Source: Picochlorum sp. SENEW3
Lineage: Eukaryota
Length of the DNA stretch: 64,000 nucleotides
Reading direction: 5' to 3'
NCBI GenBank assembly: GCA_034226945.1
Contig: CP120458.1
Span: forward strand, 992,001 to 1,056,000
The notes under the pieces were generated by a model, which was given only the letters and a program-made list of their open reading frames with translations, was not told where the DNA came from and did no database searches. The position numbers were made by a program, and so were the translations under genes. Shown here piece after piece: positions 56,899 through 64,000 of the stretch (position 1 is its first letter; each line of letters opens with the position of its first letter).

Positions 56899-58314
56899 TC
56901 AGCGAACCTCAAGCAATGACTGTGTGATACTGCTATAATCCGTTTGATCTTTGGTTGTGTCATCTGCATTTTTCATATATCCTTCAATCTTTTCCTGGTA
57001 CAGATGAACAGTCTCCCTCAGAGAGTGATACTGCCGCAAGACTGATCCAATCTGAGACTCGTGTGCTGCCCTCAAGTCTGCAGCTTTCGCCTCTATTGCC
57101 CTAATAGCCGCCTCATTTTGGTTTAATTTTGCAACAGCCGCGGCATTACCAGCCTCAATGGCCTCTCTGTGCCTCAACTGTTCCTCGACTCTGCCTTGTG
57201 CTGCTTGTTTCCTAATTTCACATTGGGCCTTGACACGCTCAATTCTTTCCATCAATGATGCATGCTGTCTATTCAGATGCTGATTCGTGGCCTCAAGCTG
57301 GGTCAACTCGTGCTCTTGGCTCGCAATATTTGATCGCAGTGCCTTGACTCTCTTCGATACCTCCTTCTTCTTCTTAATCTCGACAGTGGTGTCTTGCATC
57401 ATGGCAATCGCCTTGGCAACTTCCTTTTCAATTTTGAGTGCAGCATCAAGCTTTGATGCGACATCCCGAGAGCTCTTTTCCGCCTCTGAGAGAGCTGCCT
57501 TCTCTAGCTCAAGGGCTCCAGCCAGATCTTCCAGCTCGGCCTTGATCTTGTGGGGCGACTGCACAATCTGTGCTTTGAGATCCTCTTGTGTGCCTCTCAC
57601 AGCACTCACCTTGAGCCTCAGCTGAGCAGCATCTTCCGTCATTGCATTCACTTCTTGTTTCAAAGATTTCAACTCATTCGACATACTTGCTTGTTGCTTA
57701 TTCAGGGCCTGGTTCTCCCCATACAAAATATCAACCTCTGCCTCAACATTCGCCACTTCAGGCAGCTCTGCTTCCCTCTCCTCCGTCATCCTTGCGAGCT
57801 CCTTCTCCAACTCCTCGTGCTCCCTTCTCAACCGATCTCTATTGTCAATCAACTCCTCGTGCTTTTCCTGAAGCTCTGTGTACGCGACAAGCTTTTCCTC
57901 CCTGAACTTTGCAAAATTAATCACAGCAGACAGACTTTTTTTCAGCCTTGCCCCCTCTGGCTTGTGCAAGTCCTTCATCGAAAAATCCTTCACCCCGCTA
58001 GAGCGCAATAGCTTGGCAGTCTGCACGAAAAATGCCATGGCAGGAATGGACTCATCGTGCAGCTCTGCATACTCAATGGCATCAATTGCAGCAAACACAG
58101 GCTGTTGCAATTCCTCCCTCGTCACCCCGCACAAGAGTACCACCAAATTCTCGAATATATGTTGGACTATCTCATACGTAGGCTTTTGTATCTGCTCAAC
58201 TGTCGTCTTCATCCCCAGTTCGTGCAAACACTGCACAATTTCCTTCTCTGACAAGATTGGAAAACTGTAACTGAGGGCCATTCCTCCCCCTCCTGTGTGT
58301 TGTTGAGATGACAT
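56899..58314 (-). CDS. NUF2: Kinetochore protein Nuf2
   Basis: YSFPIL..EIV.CL, DFSMKDL.KP..R...LSAVINFAKFREE and a long coiled coil. Confidence 0.92.
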   Translation of the reverse strand: MSSQQHTGGGGMALSYSFPILSEKEIVQCLHELGMKTTVEQIQKPTYEIVQHIFENLVVLLCGVTREELQQPVFAAIDAIEYAELHDESIPAMAFFVQTAKLLRSSGVKDFSMKDLHKPEGARLKKSLSAVINFAKFREEKLVAYTELQEKHEELIDNRDRLRREHEELEKELARMTEEREAELPEVANVEAEVDILYGENQALNKQQASMSNELKSLKQEVNAMTEDAAQLRLKVSAVRGTQEDLKAQIVQSPHKIKAELEDLAGALELEKAALSEAEKSSRDVASKLDAALKIEKEVAKAIAMMQDTTVEIKKKKEVSKRVKALRSNIASQEHELTQLEATNQHLNRQHASLMERIERVKAQCEIRKQAAQGRVEEQLRHREAIEAGNAAAVAKLNQNEAAIRAIEAKAADLRAAHESQIGSVLRQYHSLRETVHLYQEKIEGYMKNADDTTKDQTDYSSITQSLLEVR

Positions 58315-58778
58315 ATTCCTCTATTCACCGTAGTATTCAAATGAAACACGCGCGTATCTTTGGGTTTGTCTGGACCAACGAAAACAACCACCAACCAACG
58401 GAAATTGCGCAAGGGATCCACGCACAGCCTTGGTCGTACGTATTGGCTTCTAATGCGATATTAGTAATTTTAAATTCAGTAAGAATACAAATTTATACCA
58501 ACGTGGATCCAATATGGCTCTGTGGATCTCATCCGGGGGGGGTCGTCGATATTCGCAGTACCATTATTGGTCTTACATGGTACTGCAATATATTTGTGTG
58601 GCATTGTCCATCATAGGGAAAGGCCATGCCGTGAAGTTGAGTGGTAAATGCAAGTACAGATATCTGAGGAATGCAAAACATCCACCAGATCTACCAGTTG
58701 ATGGCCTAAGCCACGATACCTGTGGTGACATGCAGAACGACATGCATGGTATCATTTTGTGATGCATCCAGCGATAGA

Positions 58779-61221
58779 ATGGAATTGAATATAGAAGAAG
58801 AAGTTTCTCATAAAAATATAGAATCTCGCCCTAGAGAGGAATTGCATGGACAGGTGAAACGAGTTCAGTCTGGCTCTGCACAGGGGTCAGCAGTGCCTGT
58901 TGCTACTGCTTCCAAGCACGAGAATTCATATGAGCTCCGAGGTGCTCGCAATATAGGGTTGAAAAGAGCGAGATCAAAGGCCTTGGGGCAGAGGGAGAGT
59001 ACGCCTGATCAAGATGAGATGAGACCAGTGGAAGAGGAAGAGGAGGCACTGGATATTGATAGTGTGTTGCAAATCACCATGGCACGCGAGGCGAAAATAC
59101 GAGAGGATGATGCTGAGGAGATTATTGAGGAAGATAGCGATGAGGGGCCGAGTCGTGCTTACGATTCTGACAGAGACGAAGGGTATGTATCCTTTGCAGG
59201 GCAAGCTACGTTTTCAATGCATTCCAGGAAAGAGGCCAAGAAATCCAGGAGGCCGACATTTGAGCGCTCCAAAGACGCGATTGTTCAGATTGGCTCCCTC
59301 ACTCGAGCGGGAGATGCGGAGGAGGGTGGTGTCGGTGCGAATGAAGGAGGCGGGTCGTTTGCTGATGTGGGTGTGTCCTCCCTGCTGTCTAGCCATATAG
59401 CAAAGCATGGGTACCATGTACCCACGCCGATACAGCGTAAGAGTATACCTTTTCTACTGGTTCGTTCCTAAACTACTGATATTTGTCAATACATTGTCCA
59501 GGATTGAGTTTACACGTACTATATGCTTGTGTGTATCTTTGCAGGATGGTCACGATGTGATGATTGAATCAGCAACTGGATCAGGCAAAACGCTGTCATA
59601 TTTGATTCCTATTTTTGATGTTTTGAGTAAGAAAGAGAAGAAGATTCAGCGTTGTGACGGCACGCTGGCGTTGATTGTGTGTCCCACGAGAGAGTTGTGC
59701 CTTCAGGTTTTGGACATTGCAACCATCCTGTCCAGAAGGTTTGCTTGGATTGTTCCTGGGAGCATCCACGGGGGAGAGAATCGATCAAAAGAGAAGGCCA
59801 GGCTTCGGAAAGGTGTCAATGTATTAATATGCACTCCAGGCAGATTGTTTGATCACCTGATGAACACGGAATCCTTCACAGCCTCTCACCTGGAATGGGT
59901 GGTGCTGGATGAGGCTGATCGCCTGCTGGACATGGGATTTCAGAAACAAATCTCAAATATTTTATCCGTTTTGAAGGAACGATCAAAGATCACTAAACGC
60001 TGGCAGACTGTTCTACTATCGGCAACGTTGCAAGGCGTTGAAGGCCTTGTTGCAAGTCTGGGTATGGAGAACCCAGTCACACTATGGTCTGGTGAGGAGA
60101 GGGAGACATCGAAAAAGGACATGTATTCGGACATACCGAAACGCCTTGTTCAGAGATATATTGTAGTCCCATGCAAATTTCGTCTTATCGCTCTCAATGC
60201 TGCCATTAGACAGCATATGCAACACATCCCGCAGGCCAAAATATTAGTCTTCTTGTCCAACTGCGATAGCGTAGACTTTCACCACGTTCTCTTGCAAAAG
60301 GAATGGCAAAATCAATCAGAAGAAGAGGAAGAAGAATCCAAACGAGAGCAAGTCGCCATATTAAAATTGCATGGAAACATGTCTCAGATTGACAGAACAC
60401 GGTCACTTTTGTCCTTCACCAAGGCATCAAGGGGCATTCTTCTGGCAACAGATGTTGCATCAAGAGGCTTGGATTTCCCTGAGGTGTCCATGATCATCCA
60501 ATACGATTCTCCAACATCTCCTGAAGAATATGTGCACAGAGTTGGGCGCACCGCCAGATGCGGCAAGGGAGGCAATGCATTGCTCTTTGTGCTGCCCCTC
60601 GAGTGTGGATTCATCAACTATCTGCACTCCCAGTGTGGCATCGAATCCTTACAGAAAACAGATACCGTATCACTATTAAATCAAATGTATGGCAGTGATC
60701 CCAAGGCAGGCAAATCGCTCGCCATTGAGCTCCATCGCGGCGCCAATGCAGCCTCGCAGCATTTGAAATCTGTTGTAGGGCAGGACAAGGATCTTACAAA
60801 GCTCTCCGAACTGGCATTCACGTCCTCCGTTCGAGCGTATGCCACACACTCCAAAGAATTAAAAGAATATTTCAGAATAAAGTCGCTGCATCTTGGCCAT
60901 TATGCAAATAGTTTTGCTCTCAAGTACGTTCCATGCTCGCTGTATTCCACAATCACACACATGCAGCGTGGTCTGAATCAATTTATATATAAATCACTCT
61001 GTACATGTTTTTTCCGATGCAGAGAGAAACCCATGATCGCAGGAAAGCACGGATCTTCCTCAATTTCTTCCCATAAGAAGATGGGAAATGACAGAACATC
61101 ACGCCTCCCCTCCATCCAGGGGTTCAACAGAAAAGGAAAGTCAAAGACTCCTGGCAGCAATACCGCACACCACAAGAAGAAGAAGAAGAAGAAGGATATC
61201 GGTGGCTATGTTCTCTCATAG
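58779..61221 (+). CDS. DBP7: DEAD-box RNA helicase DBP7/DDX31 (RH17); 3 exons
   Basis: Q motif PTPIQ, ATGSGKT, PTREL, GGENRSKEKARLRKG, DEAD, SAT, HRVGRTAR and LHLGH.A.SFAL. Confidence 0.92.
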
Positions 61222-61236
61222 AAATGGTGTAAATAT

Positions 61237-61569
61237 TCATTCCATTGACACTCTTTTCCTCTTCAAGCATGCCTCAATCTTCCGCATCGCCCCATCACAT
61301 GCTGAAAAGGCCTCTTTCCCTTTCGAATTCACAACCCTCCTGACACATGAGTCATATGTGGCTGCCTCTTCACAGCACACCACACTTGCCAGGCAATACC
61401 TGTACCTATCTTGCAAGTTCTTGCAATTCTTATTATCTTTATCACCACCATTCGCCCTTCTACAACTGACCAAAGCAGAGAATGTCCGTCCACACTTCCG
61501 CTGCATTCTCCCTGCTTCTTCCTCAGACACCGCCGGTGCCCTCCAGGCTCCAAGGTTCCACCAACCCAT
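61237..61569 (-). CDS. Four-CX9C (CHCH-type) small protein, probably mitochondrial intermembrane space
   Basis: CGRTFSALVSC, CKNLQDRYRYC, CCEEAATYDSC and CDGAMRKIEAC each have C-x9-C spacing. Confidence 0.7.
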   Translation of the reverse strand: MGWWNLGAWRAPAVSEEEAGRMQRKCGRTFSALVSCRRANGGDKDNKNCKNLQDRYRYCLASVVCCEEAATYDSCVRRVVNSKGKEAFSACDGAMRKIEACLKRKRVSME

Positions 61570-61771
61570 GACGTATTACTCAATTATATTTCACTTGTAT
61601 TAAAATCTGATGTGATGCGATCCAGATAGCGAGTATGCATCAAGAACACGACCCTCAACTGTCCATATTTTAAAATTTTGGATACCCATCCTGTGAAAGC
61701 ACATCTGCCCGATTCTATCCCATATCATACTTAAAAATATTCTTATAATAATAAAAAGGTTTGATCAGACA

Positions 61772-62491
61772 ATGAGAGGTAGCATACATCTGTCGACACT
61801 GCAGGAATGTTGCTGTCGAGGAATTGCCCAACGACAGGGATTTCCCAGGATGAAGGTACACCATCTCATAAGGATACCAAACAAATCTACATGGAATAGA
61901 AGTCGGGGAGGAATGGCATCGCCCTGCATCGCTCCGGTGTCAGCGACGCCTGTGCTCTTGGATGTGCCTGGGTTGTTTGCTGCTTCGACAGCTTACACTG
62001 CCGCCATTGCCTGCTTCCTCTTGTACAAGGCAACTGTAGAGCCATTGAGGATGCGAGGTGCTGCTTCAGGGGAGGAATCGCTCATGTACTCTGCAGATCA
62101 ACTACAGGGGGGAAATTTTGGTAGGATTCCCTCCCCACTGCCAATGCTCATGCCCTTGATAGTTGTGTACATGTATCTCTTGGTCCAATCCTATGAACCA
62201 GATATGATTAGCCTGATACTTCCAGGAAGCCTCAAGGATGGATTTTCCAATGGATTCAACCCTCAGTTTTTTCCCAAGATTCAAGGTATTGCAACACTGT
62301 TTTCAAGGGTGACCACAACAGCATCGCTATGGGTCCATCTGCTCTGTATCAATATCTTTGCTGCCCACCATTTGATGTGGGAAGGTATATCGCGTGGAAT
62401 ACCCACGCACCATACGATACTCGTGTCCATTCTGTGCGGTCCACTTGGACTGGTGAGCCATGGCCTCACAGTCTTGGTGCAGAGACGTTGA
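61772..62491 (+). CDS. ABA4: ABA DEFICIENT 4-like (DUF4281) plastid membrane protein
   Basis: Motifs FFP...GI..LFS, ASLWVHLLCINIFAA and PT.H....ILCGPLGL.SH. Confidence 0.85.
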   Translation: MRGSIHLSTLQECCCRGIAQRQGFPRMKVHHLIRIPNKSTWNRSRGGMASPCIAPVSATPVLLDVPGLFAASTAYTAAIACFLLYKATVEPLRMRGAASGEESLMYSADQLQGGNFGRIPSPLPMLMPLIVVYMYLLVQSYEPDMISLILPGSLKDGFSNGFNPQFFPKIQGIATLFSRVTTTASLWVHLLCINIFAAHHLMWEGISRGIPTHHTILVSILCGPLGLVSHGLTVLVQRR

Positions 62492-62703
62492 TCTCTTTTC
62501 ATATCGCTCATGTTTTTCACTATGAGATATGATGAATATAGAATGTTTGCCCTAGGGCATACTAGTCATGCTAGTAGAGAGAAAAATGTAAAGAGAATGA
62601 TATAATGCTTCTATACAGTGGATCGAGTACCGGCGATGCAGAATGCCTTGATTAGCTATATCAATCTCGGGCAGATATGATGATCAGATATCCAACGCCA
62701 GCG

Positions 62704-62767
62704 GATCCAGCTGGATCTGCAGATCTGGCCCATGCATGGGCCGCGGAGGACGAATGCCGATGCATCG
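62704..62767. promoter_or_regulatory. Cluster of overlapping perfect palindromes upstream of the hexose transporter
   Basis: GATCCAGCTGGATC (62704-17), GATCTGCAGATC (62714-25), GGCCCATGCATGGGCC (62727-42), CCGCGG (62741-46) and CGATGCATCG (62758-67). A regulatory role is inferred. Confidence 0.4.
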
Positions 62768-63240
62768 AGATGATCCCTCGGATTGTAGACATACGATATG
62801 CTCCTAGCCATTCAGTTTACTATTAAAATATTTCTTTAATATTTTACATGCACGTGTGTGTCTAATTGCGTACAGGTAGGTGATTTGAGAGTCTCCAACT
62901 GCGGTGTCGGAGAAACATCTGGTGGCCTTCCTTCGGGTTGTAGACCTACCATGTGCCATCTCCATCCCCTTGATTTCATCTCTGTAGTACTTTTTACACA
63001 ACTTAAGTTGTTTGGGAGGGATGGGTGACGCAAAGATTTCTCATAGCCCGAGGAGGGATCGCCGGCAATCCACGAGAGCCGCGGGCGCACTATTATTTGA
63101 TGATGATGATGATGACACATGATGATGTTACCAACAGGTTTGGGTCGGGTATGGGGTGAGGTTGTTGTTATTGTGATCGACATGGACTCTAATGCGCGGT
63201 GGTACATGATGGTGTGCAGAGCGAGGTTTTGTCATCCAAC

Positions 63241-64000
63241 ATGACTGGTCCACCAATGGAACCCATTGTGACGCTGTACTCGTCCACCTTGGGCGAGTAT
63301 GAGGCCAAACTGACTGGATATGTAATCTTTGTTGCCTTTCTGGCAGCATCAGGAGGACTGTTGTTTGGATACGATTTGGGAGTCACTGGAGGGGTTGAGA
63401 GTATGCCAAGTTTTCAAGAGAAATTTTTCCCAGATGTATACGAGTCGCAGCAGAATTTTGATGGATCTTCTCCGTACTGCACCTATGATAGTGCGAAGCT
63501 TCAATTTTTCACAAGTGTACTGTTTCTTGCCGGTCTTGTGGCATCTCCTGTGGCTGGATGGGTGACCAAGAGATTTGGTAGATTGCTGTCCATGTTTATA
63601 GCGGCCATCAGTTTCCTGATCGGAGCTGGGCTGAATGCTGGAGCTCAGAACCTTGCCATGCTTTACATTGGGCGCATCATGTTGGGTATCGGCATTGGTT
63701 TTGCCAACTCATCTGTTCCCTTGTATCTTTCAGAGACTGCGCCATTCAAATATCGCGGAGCTCTGAATCAGCTATTTCAAATGTCCACGACCATAGGCAT
63801 CCTGGTTGCCCAACTGATCAACTATGGCGTGAAAGATTGGGCTGAAGGATGGAGGTTGAGTCTTGGTTTGGCAGCCGTTCCAGCGCTCATCCTGCTGACA
63901 GGTTCTATTGTTCTTCCAGAGTCTCCCAACTCTTTGTGTGAGAGACAGCAGGACGCAAAAGCAAAAGAAATTTTGAAGAAACTTCGCGGATCTGATAATG
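63241..64000 (+). CDS. Hexose/H+ symporter (STP/HUP family, MFS), truncated by the window end
   Basis: The frame from ATG 63241 reads AASGGLLFGYDLGVTGGV, YCTYD..LQFFTS.LFLAG, GRIMLG.GIGFAN..VPLYLSE.AP..RG and GWRLSLGLA..LPESPNS. It is absent from the ORF track because no stop lies in the window. Confidence 0.93.
   Translation, partial: MTGPPMEPIVTLYSSTLGEYEAKLTGYVIFVAFLAASGGLLFGYDLGVTGGVESMPSFQEKFFPDVYESQQNFDGSSPYCTYDSAKLQFFTSVLFLAGLVASPVAGWVTKRFGRLLSMFIAAISFLIGAGLNAGAQNLAMLYIGRIMLGIGIGFANSSVPLYLSETAPFKYRGALNQLFQMSTTIGILVAQLINYGVKDWAEGWRLSLGLAAVPALILLTGSIVLPESPNSLCERQQDAKAKEILKKLRGSDN

Noticed and set aside
63097..63127. (TGA)n run as a box C/D snoRNA
   Set aside because: It is a simple microsatellite (also at about 35687-35710); no paired D box or terminal stem was identified.
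1..64000. Prokaryotic operon, prophage or defence island interpretation
   Set aside because: Spliceosomal introns and eukaryote-specific genes (NUF2, MND1, DBP7, RRP17) occur throughout, and the bacterial-like genes are embedded among them.

Overview
Gene-dense eukaryotic nuclear DNA from a compact green-algal genome. It looks trebouxiophyte and Picochlorum-like; this is inferred from short GT-AG introns, TGTAA motifs just after stop codons, plastid-targeted genes (CPP1, FKBP16-4, FtsHi, ABA4) and very short intergenic spacers. About 41 protein-coding genes can be supported. No rRNA, tRNA, CRISPR array or transposase was recognised. Most genes are housekeeping: RNase H2B, Rrp17, SQS, NSUN6, NUF2, DBP7, MND1, DPH4, GalM, UER1, an ABCG transporter and a hexose transporter. 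Highlights: (1) an 8-TM histidine-kinase rhodopsin (Rh-HK-REC, no cyclase domain); (2) a voltage-sensor/adenylyl cyclase fusion about 2 kb from a Popeye-domain cNMP-binding protein; (3) a stand-alone, membrane-anchored OvoA-type methyltransferase; (4) an 81-aa mini V-ATPase AP1/Voa1-like protein; (5) a YqaJ nuclease with an N-terminal segment resembling cyanobacterial RecG; (6) two gene-sparse islands (35-44.8 kb and 50-56 kb) of secreted mosaic proteins. The islands hold a Pro-rich protein with knottin-like and 12 defensin-like modules in a nearly perfect 237-bp array, an M43 metalloprotease, and two bacterial-type DUF285/BspA repeat genes sharing a near-identical 3' end. All family assignments come from motif recognition by eye; no database searches were run.
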